63,805 bases of DNA, filler included, from Octopus bimaculoides (GCF_001194135.2; 5 parts of 5 records of this genome joined end to end with filler, not necessarily neighbours in it); one strand, 5' to 3'; shown: positions 25,495 through 39,121, counted from the first letter of the whole stretch. Translations and numbers: made by a program. Notes: a model not told the origin generated them from the sequence alone.

Positions 25495-27870
25495 CTTGCA
25501 TAGGATTTCCAGTTGCCTTAAGAAGTCTTGAAGTTTCAGTGGGATTGAGCCCAAAGCTTCGATCACCACTGGTATCACTTTTACATTACCCTCTCGCATT
25601 CCATAGTCTTGCCATTTCCACTTTCAATTCAGTTCGGAGTACTTGGTAATATTTTCAACCTCTTTACTCACAACATTCATGTCATTTCGTATGGCTACAT
25701 CAATGATCTGACAGTATTTGTCTCTCTTACTCTATATGACATTATCCGGCCGGCGGTGTTCGATTACACGATCCGTCTGAAAATCATAATCCTAGAGTAT
25801 CGTTACTTTTCCTTCTTCCGGCATAACTTCACTTGGTACATGCTCACACCAGTTCTCTGTTACTTCATATTGGTATTTACGGCATAAGAGCCAATGAAGA
25901 TACACACACATTTTATCGTGGTGATGCTTGTATTCTTTTTGTGCAAGGCTCTCACATTCACTTACTAAGTGGGTCACATTTTCCACACTCTTTCCATAGA
26001 GGCTGCATTTTTGGGTGTCAGAAGTTTTATAGATGTTATACTTCACTGAATTGGTAGTGAGAGCCTGGTCTTGTGTAGCAATGATCAGGCTTTCGGTGGT
26101 ACGCTTCAAATCACCTTGCTCAAGCTATGCCCACGATGTATTATCCTTAACATCCTGTGTATTCCTTTCAAGCTGTCCATGCATTCTCATTTCAAGAAGG
26201 TCTTCTTTTCTCTTCTCCCCAGCTCTTTGGTTATACTCTCCTTTGCCATCATTGTATCTGCATTTACACCCATATCTTTCGCGGCATATTGCAGCAGGTC
26301 TCCATCACTATTTATCAAATACTCGGCAAACGTTCTCCTTTCACTCCTTATACAATGTCACCATTCTTTCTTTCCATATACAGTCTCTAAATATCTATAC
26401 CCACTACTGTCGGGTTTATCCATGGTCTGCCCTGATAGTAACCGCAATCCTCTGCAGGAAGCGTTGTTCCCCTTTTCATATCAAGTACTGATCATCTGAT
26501 GTCCCTACCACACTTCTGGACTGTTTTGGTTAAGGGATCTATCTGTTTTTCAGATTTCCCAAACAATTTCAGGTCATCCATAAACACAAGATGATTCAAT
26601 GATGGGCTTTTCTTCCCACATCGGTAACCCATCTTAACTTTCTTAAGTGTCATTATGGGTATTAGTAAAACTACAAATAGTAACAGAGAAAACGAGTCAC
26701 CTTGGGAGATTCCCCTTTTAAAATTAACCCTCCAGAGAATACATTACATGAGTACAATTTTGTTTTCCACTCTTTCATGTTATGCATCAGAAAATTTGCG
26801 ATGCTGTCAGCAACACCAAACATCTGCAGGTATTCAACGATCCACGAATGACGCATCATATCATACGCCTTCTTAAAGTCAATCCAAGACATAGACATGT
26901 TTGTAAGATGTTTTTTACAATGCCTCCAAGGTGTTTTATCGATGACCACATCCTTTTCGTTCTCTCGGTAGTATTTCTTCCAGTTCCAAGGAAGTATATG
27001 TCCTTGCTGCACATATTTCAGTGAGTATCTTCCAGATTATGCTTAAGCATGCTATGGGACGGTAGTTTCCCACAATATTCCTCTTTCTTCTATCTTTCAT
27101 TATAAGAGTTGTCCTCCCAGTCACCATCCAACCATCTACGCGGGGACTGTACCTTTCTGGCCAAACTCATTCACTTGGGCTGCTAGTTACGAATCCCATT
27201 TGGTCCGGGGGCTTTCCAGTGAGGCATTTTACCCACTTGTTCTCTCACGTCACCCGTGCTTATGATATTGTTTCTTTGTTTCTTTCCACCTTGCTATTTT
27301 GTCTTGATAGTTCCTAGCCACATTGCATCCCTTTTATACACCACATTGTTTCCCCATATTCCGCTGCAGAACTCCTTGGCTTGATTTGCATCAAGAGCAA
27401 TATTTTCCCCATTGTCTCCTTATAACGTTGGGAAGAGTTGCTTTGGGTTATTTTTTAACAATCTGTTTTCCTCAAACTGCTTATTTCTGTTCACAAATCT
27501 TCTGATCTGACTTTTTGCCATGATCCTCTGTTTTAACTGCCCGTTCTTCTGTAATTTATATTTCTCCCCTAATGTTTCTGCGTCGGTGTTTTTCCCCTTT
27601 TTCCAATTTCCTCTTAACTATTGCCAGTTTTTCCTAGATCTTGCCTTGCCCGCATTATGTCCCTTTCAATGCGTCGTTTCCAACATGATTCCTTTGCTCC
27701 ACCATTATTTCTTTTCTCAAGTTGTAATTTCTCCTCAGTAAGTAGTGCAATATTCCGGAGAAGAGTTTTGTTTGCGTTATATCCTCCGTTTGGATGTATG
27801 GTATAACAGTATTTATCTTTTGCGTTACTTTATTCATCATACTTCTATCAACCCTTCTCATATTCATGGA
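25495..27870 (-). mobile_element. R4/Dong-like LINE remnant (RT, CCHC knuckle, RLE)
   Basis: GRTTLIMKDRRKRNIVGNYRPIACL; SWIDFKKAYDMMRHSWI; TESLIIATQDQAL..QKCSLYGKSVENVTHLVSEC. Confidence 0.85.
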
Positions 27871-27875
27871 CATAT

Positions 27876-27900
27876 GTTATTATTATTATTATTATTATTA

Positions 27901-27956
<56 letters not shown>
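27876..27956. repeat. (TTA)n tract, the minus-strand (TAA)n tail of the adjacent LINE
   Basis: Direct read. Confidence 0.9.
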
Positions 27957-28195
27957 GCCTTTGCACAGCTAACGCTGGAGATGTACTACGGTGTCTCGTG
28001 TTCACTACCAGTGAACTAAGGTAACACCTCATATTTTTCGAGCAACTTCCGGAGTATTCAAGCGGTTCCAAACAGTGCTGTTTTCTGCAAGTGTACCTCC
28101 CTTATTGCAGCCTCTATTTGTTGGACGTGCTTCTCGAGATGTTTTTTCTCACTGATCCCAGGGCTCACACAATTATCGGTACTACTGCTACCTTT
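27957..28195 (-). mobile_element. R4/Dong-like LINE 3' end
   Basis: LQKTALFGT and 3' UTR ttaccttagttcactggtagtgaac shared with 25100-25170 and 32742-32820. Confidence 0.85.
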
Positions 28196-28199
28196 TCCT

Positions 28200-30420
28200 C
28201 GAATATAACTGAAGGTTGAGTTGTCAAAGCGAGGGCGCGTGCTCTAAGACATGAGGGGAGGAAAGCTGTTCAATGGGACCGAACGGCAGAAATGCAACGT
28301 GGCAACTAAGCCACAATTCGGTCTTTGACGGGCCGTGATGGGCGTATGCTACTCGAATCCAAGCAGACGTGTGCACAATTTCAGCGACACTTCACTGAAC
28401 TGTTCGGGGCACGCGGTGTGTCGAGGATGGAAGTGGATTTCACCCACCTCGCCAGCATTCTGCACTTTTCAGGCAGGGATGCGGAATCCTAATGGGACGC
28501 GATGACGAGCTGCACAAATGAGAAGTCTCTGGGGCTGGATGGTCTGCCCTTCGAGCTTTATCTTCATATGTCAGACTTGTTTGGTGATCTCATGGTAGAT
28601 GTCAACCACAACTGGCAGCAAACGGGAGAATGCCCAGTGCTTTGAGCCGGGGCGTCGTGGAGATACTGAGAAAGGACCCGAACAAGAGGGACCAAATAGA
28701 TAATCTTAGGCCCATAACTCTTCTGGGCACAGATTATATGATTTTGACCAAAGTGTTAGCCAAGAGGTTGGCACTTGTCATCGATAAGTTGCTCGTTGAC
28801 GTGAAAACATGCGCTATTGCGAAAAGATCTATCCGCAACACCTCACGCGCTACATCATAGAGAGAGTAGGGAAGGAACTTGGCATAGGTGGGGCTCTGAT
28901 CAATTTGGATCAATCAAAAGCTTTTGACAGAATCTCAACCATCAATACTTAGAGTCTGTCCTCGCGGTTGCCAGGTTCGATCCCGTTTTCAGAGGATGGA
29001 TTGATGCAATGTACAGCAACATCTGTTCGGTGGTCAAAGTAAACGGCTACCCATTGGAATTGTTTAGTATCGCTTGCTCGGTCCGTCATGGATGCCCACT
29101 CTCTTCCCTCCTGTATGTGCTGGCTCTCGAGCCATTTCTAAGTAGTTGGATATTTCGAGAGGCATCCCGCGTGAACAAGGATGCAGACGGTTCATGTCGG
29201 CTTTAGCGGACAACATCACCGTTATAGTGTCGTAGAGCTCTGAAATCGAGGTGATCGGTTCTACCTCAAGGGAGTATGAAGCGGTGACAGGAGGAAATAT
29301 TAATCAGTAGAAGTCGGTGGGCCTGAAGCTCGGCACCTGAAGAGGCAGATCTATGCCAACTGACAGTGTTGTAGGGCGCTGGACGGAAGGGTTGATCAAA
29401 TTACTTGGCGTCTGGTTTGGTCCGGACCTCCAGATGAACAAGGACTGCGAAGGGGTGACGAGGAGGGTGGCCAGTCTCACCCAGAGATGGGAAGCGAGGA
29501 AGCTATCCCTGAAGGGTCTGGCGGAGGTGACGAATTCGTACATTGCTTTCGTCGTAATAGTACCGCCTGACCGTCATCCCTTGCCCTACTTCGTGCCTGA
29601 TCAAGCTGGAGCGCTTGCTCTTCCGCTTTCTGTAGAAGGCACGTATTCTGCTCGTTAGACGATCCATCTGCTGTCAACAGCCGCTGAATAGAGGACTAAG
29701 CAAGCCGTGGTTAATTATGCGCAGACATGCGCTGTGGCTGCGACATTTCGTGTTTTCTTAACGGTGAGCGGGTGTGGTAGCCGTTTGTCAGGCAGGATCT
29801 TCTGCAGGTCGTCTCATTGATGGAGCTACAGTCCTGGATTGAGCGTAGACTAACAAAGGGTACTTGGTACCTGGATTGTCAGCAATTTTTCACAGCTTTC
29901 TGCCAGTCGAGCAATACGGTCGGTGGAAGTTCCACTATGGAGTTCTATAGGGGATTAGAGGCGGGAAAGAGTGACGACGTCCTCGGGGAAACTCTGGGTG
30001 TCGGGAATGATCAAATAACTGGTCTTTTCCGGAGGACTTTCGGGCCAGGGACTATGAATAACATCCAGAAATCCCTGGTCTAGCAGTGCTACCGGGATAA
30101 CTGCCGGATCGCGACAAGCTCTACAGACACGGAAGTGCTGTCAGACTAACCTGTCCAAAGTGTGCACAAGGCGATCAAACCGCCTACATGCACTCGTTCA
30201 GTGTCCGTGCATTACTGACTTCATCGAACAGCTGTTGTCGAATGTAGGACGGATCCTAACCCTAACCCTAACCCTAACCCTAACCCTAACCCTAACCCTA
30301 ACCCTAATATTTTGTTAATTGGTTTTGTTACTTATTGTATACATGACATTGTTGAACACCCCACTTGTCCTTTGTATTGTATTGTCCCTATTTGTTTAGT
30401 ATTCGGCCCTTGTGGCCGAG
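28200..30420 (+). mobile_element. L1/Tx1-like LINE ORF2 remnant with 3' UTR
   Basis: SLGLDGLPFELY; NLRPITLLGTDYMILTKVLAKRL; DQSKAFDR; SVRHGCPLSSLLYVLALEPF; KLLGVWFG; 3' UTR cccacttgtcctttgtattg..cggcccttgtggcc. Confidence 0.8.
30255..30307 (-). repeat. Interstitial telomeric repeat (TTAGGG)n, eight full units plus a partial
   Basis: cctaa(ccctaa)8 read directly. Confidence 0.95.
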
Positions 30421-30985
30421 TGCAAGCAATCAAAGTGACACTGAGGTAAAATATATGAGGCTCAGTATACCAATCATGACTACTCGTATGACACGGGTAC
30501 ACCAAGAACATGCATCACAACCTTATGTGCAAGACACGGTGATCTGATATCAAGATAAACAGCGCATGATCTTGCAGGTGGGGCCTAGTTACAGTTTTCT
30601 TCGGGTCAGGTAACCCATCCCGTTCAAAAGCTCCCTGAATAAGGGCTGTTTAAGGATGTTGAACGAAACACCCATGTTTCTAAAGTTTGAATTATCCAAA
30701 CCCCAAATAATTCCTCTCAATACATGGCTATGATGCGCCTCCAGTACTTCTCCACTTGATCAGAGATGCACATATTGTCAGTCACTAAGGGACATGCTCA
30801 ACTGGTCAAGGTCAAACAACTGACAAGCAAATCTGTGGTATTGAGCAGAATATCTGCTGTAGCCCATATTTGAAACCAAGACAAAACAATGTACAAGATA
30901 ACGCAACGCTTCCAATCAGTTAAAATCAGAAGCCATGTGAGTCACTGCCTGGTACTGCATCCGGGCATTTATTATTACTACCATA
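30420..30985. repeat. Dispersed repeat of about 560 bp, copy 1
   Basis: Colinear with 38522-39065. Confidence 0.85.
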
Positions 30986-32245
30986 GACGTCGCACAGTAT
31001 ACAATATCATGAAGTTGTTGATAGAAGAAATTGTGTCTACTGGGGGCTTGTACTGCTTGTCAAGTCACAACAAAGACCTCAGACAGACAGTACTTGACGC
31101 AATATGCGTGCAATTCCAAGTAATGCCAACTTTTGCAAAGCATCTAAATTGTAGGGTATCTCTAAGGTTTTCAGATGTTTTTTTTCAGATTGTGCATGTA
31201 GGCGGTTTGATCGCCTTGTGCACACTTCGGACAGGTTAGTCTGACAGCACTTCCGTGTCTGTAGAGCTTGTCACGATCCGGCAGTTATCCCGGTAGCACT
31301 GCTAGACCAGGGATTTCTGGATGTTATTCATAGTCCCTGGCCCGATGACAATAGGGATAACCTTTATGTTCGACTCTCGTAGCTACCACATCTTAGCGAT
31401 CTCAATTCTCAGGTCTCCATATTTATCAACTTTTTCTCTTTCTTTCATGATGATATGTTAGGCACTTGAGTAGTTTATATTCTTTTTCACTGAGTTGATA
31501 TTCATTGCCTGGTCTTGTGCCGCGATGATTAGGCTTTCAGTATTCTCTCTTAGGTCACCCTTCTGGAGCTACCTCTATGATGCTTCCTGATCTTTTTATT
31601 TGTTGGTTTCGCGGTGTAACTGACCTTGTAATTCCCTACGGAATAGGGTTTCTTCTCTCTCGTTGGTTGTTCTTGCTCGCAGTTCATGAACACTCTCAAG
31701 TTAGCAGCATACTGTAGCATGTCTTCTTTGCTGTTTACCAAATATTCTGCCATGATTCCTCTTTCAATCTTGATGCACTCCCGTACGCTAATCAGCCCAC
31801 ATCCAATCCTTACCTCTCTTCGTGTAGATCTTTTACACGTTTGCTTGTCATTGTCCGCTTGTGTCCATCTCAGGATGGGTGCACTATAGCGGACTACAGC
31901 AACAGCTCATATTTTGATGGCAGTCACAAGGTTTCTTGTGTTAAGCTTTGATTTGAAGAGAAGTTTGAGGCGCTTGAAATATGCAGTGATGACCTTGTCT
32001 TTCATTTCTCTGAGCAAGATATTGATCAGAAAATACTTGTACCCATCATCATCCGGGTCTTCCATTCTCTCTCCGTTTGGCAATTCTATGCTCCTACAAT
32101 TTACTCTTATACCCCACTTCAAAGTAAGCACCGCACACTTCAAGATACCGAAATCCATCTCTATATCCTTGCTGCACATTTGCACAGTCTCAACCAGCCT
32201 TTCCATGTCAGACTCTGTTCTGCGAACAGTTTTAAATCATCCACA
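30986..32245 (-). mobile_element. R4/Dong-like LINE remnant with internal deletions
   Basis: SKDIEMDFGILKCAVL; YFKRLKLLFKSKLNTRNLVTAI; LQKLALLGIARILRQVL*; taataa tail. Confidence 0.8.
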
Positions 32246-32655
32246 AAGAGAAGATGGTTGAGACGAGGACTGTTCTTTCTCAGCTGGGTAATTATCAATC
32301 TGGCTAATTACTTACTTGTTCACAATTATAATTTCACTACCACTACTAAAGTCTCTATCGTATTATTTACTTGTTCACTTCTATATTTTCACAATTATTA
32401 CTATACATATATTATTACTAGAAGGCTGATGGGTCCTAATATTTTGTCCCCTGATTTCTTTAGCCAAATTATGGCAGATTTACGGCTGTTGGTTTAGCTA
32501 CTGCTGATACTGCAGCTTTAATTAGAGAAGCTAATTGACATGACTGGCGGTGCAATGGGGGCGTGTGAGAGTTGATTTTTGAGAATAGCGTCAACAACTT
32601 GGTACTAGCATAGCTAAGATATAGAAATTGATAAACAACATCTCAAAGGTTAAAA

Positions 32656-32723
<68 letters not shown>

Positions 32724-32741
32724 CATTATTATTATTATTAC

Positions 32742-34648
32742 TTTTGAATAGCTTCTAACGCTGTAGATGTACTACGGTATCCGCTGTTCACTACCAGTGA
32801 ACTAAGGTAACACCCCTTATTTTTCGAGCAACTTCCGGAGTATTCGAGAGGTTCCAAGCAGTACTGTTTTCTGCAAGTGCTCCATCCTTATTGCAGCCCC
32901 TATTTGTTCCATGCACTTCTCAAGATTTTTAATCACTTTTCCCAAGGCTTCCACAATTATTGGAACTACTGCTACCTTTTTCATTTACCACAACTGCTTG
33001 ACCTCCCAAGTTAAACTGTCATACCTATCGACTTTTCTTTCTTCCTTATCGCATACCTTCTTGTCAGCTGGGAATGCTATATCTATGATCCAGCATAGTT
33101 TGCTTTCTTTCTCAATTCAGACTATGTCTGGTTTCCTATTCTCTCTCTCATGGTCGCACTGAATCATAGAATCACATAGGATCCTTGCATTATTATTTTC
33201 GATGATGCCTTCCGGTTTGTGGTCGTACCAATTTTTTGCTCTGTCGAGTCCATACTTGTGGCAAAGTGTCCAATGGACAAGCCTTGCTATATTGTCGTTT
33301 CGTCTCTTATATTCCCTCTGGTATAGCGGCGTACATTGGCTCGTAATATGCCATACAGTTTCACCATTTTGTCCACAAATTCTGCGCTTATAACTTTCTG
33401 ATGTGTTGTCTATTCAGTATTTTATCTAATTTGTTCTTAGTGCTTGCTCTCGGGCAGTACAGATTAGAGCATCCGTTTCTGGTTTTAAATCACTTTTAGT
33501 CATCCATAGCCATCTTTTTTCTCTGTCTCTCCTATCTTCAGCATCCCCATGAAATTATCCATGCATTCTTTTCTTTACCCACCTATTTTGAATTTCATTC
33601 GTTTTCAATTGCTTGTGCAGTGCTTTATCCTTGCAATCTTACACAAGTCCATACATTCCATTATATAAGAATGTGGAATCATATCGTATGACATGGCTAA
33701 GTTAGTTTTCCTCCACTTTCGGTCTTTAAGTACAGTTTTATCTACCAGGAGTTGATCCTTGGTACCTCTGCATTTACGCTTGCAACCCTTCTGCTCATGT
33801 GGCAGGAATCCATTTTTTCCCAGATGTTCGTACATTGACTCTGCGAGTATTCCAGTCAATAATTTCCACGTAAATGGCAAACAGGGTATCGGCCGCTAAT
33901 TGTCTACTGTATTGCCTTTTTCGATGTTTTTCAGGCACAGCACTGTCCTACCCAATGTCAACTCCTCTGGTGTTACTTGGTCGGCATTTAACAAAATGTT
34001 GAATTGCGGAGCTATTCGTGCATATGGCATTCACCAAATCTTTTGATCCAGTTGCCTTGAACTCCATCTGGTCCCGGGGCCTTCCAGTTGCTAATTTTTT
34101 TCTTGCTGATTTCCTTCAACAGAACTAGTCATTTCAATTAGTGAAATGGCTAGTTTTGTCTGTTTTGAACAGACTACTGTTTGTTTCAGTTCTTACAACC
34201 ATTCAGCATCCTTCTAGTGCTCCTTGTCTTTGCTCCAGATGTCACTCCAAAACCTTTGACTTTCAATGCTATCTGGTATCAACTTTTCAACTCTACACTC
34301 TCCGTTTATTTCTTTATAGAATCTCTTCTGATCTACTCTGAATAACCTATTCTGCTGGTAACCCTTTATTCTTTGGTTGTGTCTTACCATCTTTGCTTTC
34401 TTTGCAACAAGGCGCTGTTTCAAAAGACACTGGTAATTGCACAACCTGATAATCACTACCTCATATGAATGACAATGAAAACAAAATAGGTTCTGAATAA
34501 CGGTGATAATGAAATTGAAGCCATTGATGGTGACAGTGTTGCACTTGGCATGCTCAGAGATTCTGGTCCGGCTCCAGTCTGTCAATATTCAGAAAGTGAC
34601 CACCACACACAGCGTAGATGGAGCAAGCAAATTAATGCTGTGGTCATG
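32742..34648 (-). mobile_element. R4/Dong-like LINE, internally deleted, with (TAA)n on both sides
   Basis: QQNRLFRVDQKRFYKEI; KAPGPDG; [33 protein letters not shown]; RLE motifs; shared 3' UTR. Confidence 0.85.
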
Positions 34649-34689
34649 GACTATTATTATTATTATTATTAGTAGTAGTAGTAGTAATA

Positions 34690-35339
34690 AGACGGTGAGC
34701 TGGCTGAGTCGTTAGCATTCCAGGCAAAATATATTGCGGTATTTCTCATTCTCCCCCGAAAGACTGTGCTTTTCATCCTTTCGGGGTCGATAAATTAAGT
34801 ACCAGTCAAGTTGACTGGTACCCCACCATCGCCAATTTCAGGCCTTGTGCCGATAGTAGAAAGGGTTATTATTCTTTTCTACTCTAGGCACAAGGCCCGA
34901 AATTTTGTGAGAAGGGAACCAGTCGATTAGATAGACCCCAGTACGCAACTGGTACTTAATTTATCGACCCCGAAAGAATGAAACGCAAAGTCGACCTCGG
35001 CGGAATTTGAACTCAGACAGACGAAATACCGCTAAGCATTTCGCCCGGCGTGCTAACGTTGCTGCCAGCTCGCCGCCTTAGAAAGGATTATTATTATTAC
35101 TATTAAGGATGCGAGCTAGCAGATTGTTAGCACGTTGGACAAAATGCTTAGCAGCATTTCGTCCGTCTTCATGTTTTGTATTCCAATTCCGCCGAGGTCG
35201 ACTTTGCGTTTTATCCTCTCGGGGTCGATAAATTAAGCACCAGTGAAACACTGGGATCGATGTAATCGACTGGTCGTCCCTACGCAAATTTCAGACCTTG
35301 TGTCTATGGTAGAAAGGATTATCATCATCATCATCATCA

Positions 35340-35385
<46 letters not shown>

Positions 35386-35470
35386 GTCGGCGAGCATGTC
35401 GGGCAATATGCTTAGCGGCATTTCGTCAGTCTTCACATTCTGAGTTCAAATTCCTCCGAGGTCGGCTTTG
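34690..35470. mobile_element. Four SINE copies in alternating orientation (+ 34690-34865, - 34875-35085, + 35105-35320, + partial 35385-35470)
   Basis: Repeated head ggcgagctggcag, body ctttcggggtcgataaattaag. Confidence 0.8.
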
Positions 35471-35914
35471 CCGCTCTCTCAAGACGGTACTCCAGCATGA
35501 TCGTAGTTTGATAAATGAGACAAGTAAAAGATAAAAGATACTGTCACACATGATAAGTCTGATAATATTCGTCTATCAGATGATTGCTCACCAATATTTT
35601 AAAGTGATGTACAATGACCTGCGGCCTTCGATTTCTTTCGGATTATTTTATAAGAAATTCTAATTCCAACTGACAGACTGCTACGAAATCAAAACTCTAA
35701 AATTTGACAAACCGTATGTCTCATGACGTTTATGAAATAAAAAAGATATATATATATTCATTCTACGTATATTATGTCAATCAATTCGGGAGAATATTTA
35801 TGATTCATCTTAGTACTACACAAGACAAGGTAAAAGACCAACATCATGATGAAACTTCTGTGGATTATCGAGAAAAGTCTGTGTGAGAGCATATACGCGC
35901 GCGCGCGTGTAAAG

Positions 35915-35973
<59 letters not shown>

Positions 35974-36559
35974 CAGCGTTCAAGTCTTGTGTATATTCAA
36001 TACTCATCAAACTTTACCAAATGCGCTTGTAAAGATTTACTGATGGATGCTGGAAAGTTTAAAGCCTCTTGATATCTAGTAGTTTCAGCTACAACAGGAA
36101 TTTTCTTACTGCGAATCTTTGAGATATGAGGAAATATAGGGAACAAATTGGACTGATAGTAGAGTAAAGTTTGTGACTGGTCTAATTTCGAGGGACATGT
36201 TTTTTTTTTTTTGTTGGTAGTGCGTGGATGCAGGGAAATGAGCGGTAGAAATGGTGAATAAAATTGATATTTGTCTGTCAGGATGAGGGGTTCTAACCTC
36301 TCTTAAGTGAAGTGATAGATTAGAAAATGTGTGTTGGTAGTATAATTTGACTGTGGGTGAAGAATCTTTGGGTGTCAATTTATCTTGAACGGAACTTAGG
36401 TCATCGAGTGAAATAGACTGGAACCAAATCAAAAGATTTCAAACTAATTAAATTATCTATGGGCAAAGTGTAGCTGAGTTCTTCGTATTTTCTTTCTTTT
36501 GAGAGTTTGTGTCGGGATGTGAAATCGAAAATGAAAATGGTGGATCAACTAGAGGTATT

Positions 36560-37790
36560 TATATCGATGACCTTTCATGGTATGAGGAAGATAAAGAACA
36601 AGGCAGGAGACTTGGTGAGGAGACTACAGAGCTACTAAAACATGGAGATGATATAGTAAAGAAGAAATTCACACATCTTTTCAACGTGTTGTGGCATGAT
36701 ATGGAAGTCCTTGAAGACTGGAAGCGTAGATGATCGTCACCCTGCCCAAGAAAGAATGTTTACGTTTCTACAAAAATTGGCTTTGAATAAACTTGTTGTC
36801 TATTCGTGACAAGGTATTTTGCAATATCATTTTGAACCGTTTGACCCATGCAGTAGATAAAGACCTCAAGGATCATCAAGTGGGTGTCCAAAAGAGAGAT
36901 CTTGCATAAAACAAATCAATATTCATCTTTCACAATATTACTGAACAAGGTCGAGAATTTTGGAAATCATTCACAGTCAACTTTATCGATTTAAGAAAGT
37001 CTTCGATATTGTCCACCGCGGGTGGAAATCGCCGAGATCTACGGAGTACCATCAAAATTTGTCAACATCATGTGCTCGCTGTACCAAAAGTCTCGTTACT
37101 GTGCCAGAATCAAAAGCGAAAACACTGCCATGTTCGCGGTTTTCACGGGTGTATTCTGTCGCCGTTTTTGTTCTTGCTAATGATTAACTTTATTACAAAA
37201 CGGTCCGTGAATATCTCGACGTTTGGGATAAGCTGGAGATTCATGAATGTTAACTTTAAAGACAATATCAGTCAGCTCAATGATCCTCCTGAAATCATGC
37301 AAGAGAAGGCAGCAAGTGTTTGTGACTTCAGCACCCGACGTGGTCTCCGTTTCAACTGCTGAAAGACAAACGCTTTATACGGAGGTGAAAATCGACAAAA
37401 ACACCTAGGTGTACAAAATATTGAATTTGTGGATTCTTTTACATACTTAGGCAGTTACATTGACAGATATGGAGAAGTAGAAATTGATGTTAGAACTAGA
37501 CTTGGCAAAGCGATGGCAGTTTTCCAACGATTGAAACCAATATGCTTATCTTTTCTCACGCCAAGGGATAAAACTTCATCAATACATATCCAACGGCATT
37601 GTGTGCATGCGATCCACCAAGACGGGCGAACATGGTTTGCAATATGATGAATGCCTTTTTTTTTATCGCAGATAAATTAGCATTATCCTGAAGATCACTC
37701 AGCGAGACCACACCACAAACAAAATCATTAGAACTTAAGATATCATCACAGATAGAAGAAAGAGGTTGTTTGGCCATGTATTGCTCTTAC
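36560..37790 (+). mobile_element. RTE-clade LINE RT remnant
   Basis: EVLEDWKRR*IVTLPKK; ILNRL; GCILSPFLFLLMI; FTYLGSYI..EVEIDVRTRLGKAMAVFQRLKPI. Confidence 0.8.
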
Positions 37791-38447
37791 TGTCGAGGAA
37801 GGAAAAAAAGAGGCAGACGGTGAGAAAGGAATGAGTGGTGAGACTTAACTGAGATAGTTAACTTTTATCACTGGATGCTCTTTGAGAACTCTCGTCACTG
37901 GATGGTCTGTGACCGAAGCGAGACATCAGTATTATTATTATTATTATTATTATGTTGTTGTTGTTTTTTCTTCTTTCTTCAAATTTTCTTCCATTTCTCG
38001 CCGAGTGTTTTCCGTACACCTAGGGCAGAGAAACACGTTGCATGCATTCCCAGTTTACACATGCAAATTCACAGGTAAAACATGTATTTAAGAAAAAAAA
38101 AAATCATGAATGGATGTTGTTTTCACAGCGATAATGCTCTTCTCAGTACATGAGTCGTTCCAGTTAGCACGATTTTTTGCACTTCCTGTAGGGATGGTAA
38201 GCCTGGTATCATTTTCAAATNNNNNNNNNNNNNNNNNNNNNNNNNNNNNNNNNNNNNNNNNNNNTTAATTAATTAANNNNNNNNNNNNNNNNNNNNNNNN
38301 NNNNNNNNNNNNNNNNNNNNATCTTCGTTAAAATACCGCTTCCTTCAAATCTTCCACCGGTTCTGTTGCCTAATTCCATCGATGTTATTGGATTAGATAT
38401 GTTTTTGTATAGGGAGCCCGGTGTAGCACATCCATGTTGTTATTCAG

Positions 38448-38508
<61 letters not shown>

Positions 38509-38521
38509 TTGAGTGAGAGAG

Positions 38522-39065
38522 CAGTGCATGCCATCAAAGTGACACTGGGGTAAAATATACAAAGCCCAGTATACCCATCATCACTGCCTGTCTGATAAGA
38601 GTACACCAGACACATGCATTACAATCATATGTGCGCGACATGGTGATCTCATATCAAGATAAACAACGCATGACCTTGCAGGTGAGGCCCAGTTAGAATT
38701 TTCTTCAGGTCCAGTAGCCCATACCGCTCAAAAGGTCCCTGAATAAGGGTCGTTTAAGGATGTTGAACGAAACACCCATGTTTCCAGAGGTGAATTATCT
38801 AAACTCCAAAGGAAACCTCTCAACACATGGCTATGATGCTCCCTCACAACTTCTGCTCATGATCAGAGATGGACATATCGTCAGCCACTAAGGGAGATGC
38901 TCAACTGGTTAAGGTCAAGCAACTGACAAGGAAATTTGTGGTATTAAGCAGAATATCTGCTGTAGCCCATTTTTTTATACCAAGACAAAACAATGTACAT
39001 GATAACACTTCAAATCAGTTAAGGTGAGAAACATAAGAACCACTGCCTGGTATTGCATCACGACA
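38522..39065. repeat. Dispersed repeat of about 560 bp, copy 2
   Basis: Colinear with 30420-30985; (TTA)n on both flanks. Confidence 0.85.
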
Positions 39066-39072
39066 TTTTTAC

Positions 39073-39121
<49 letters not shown>

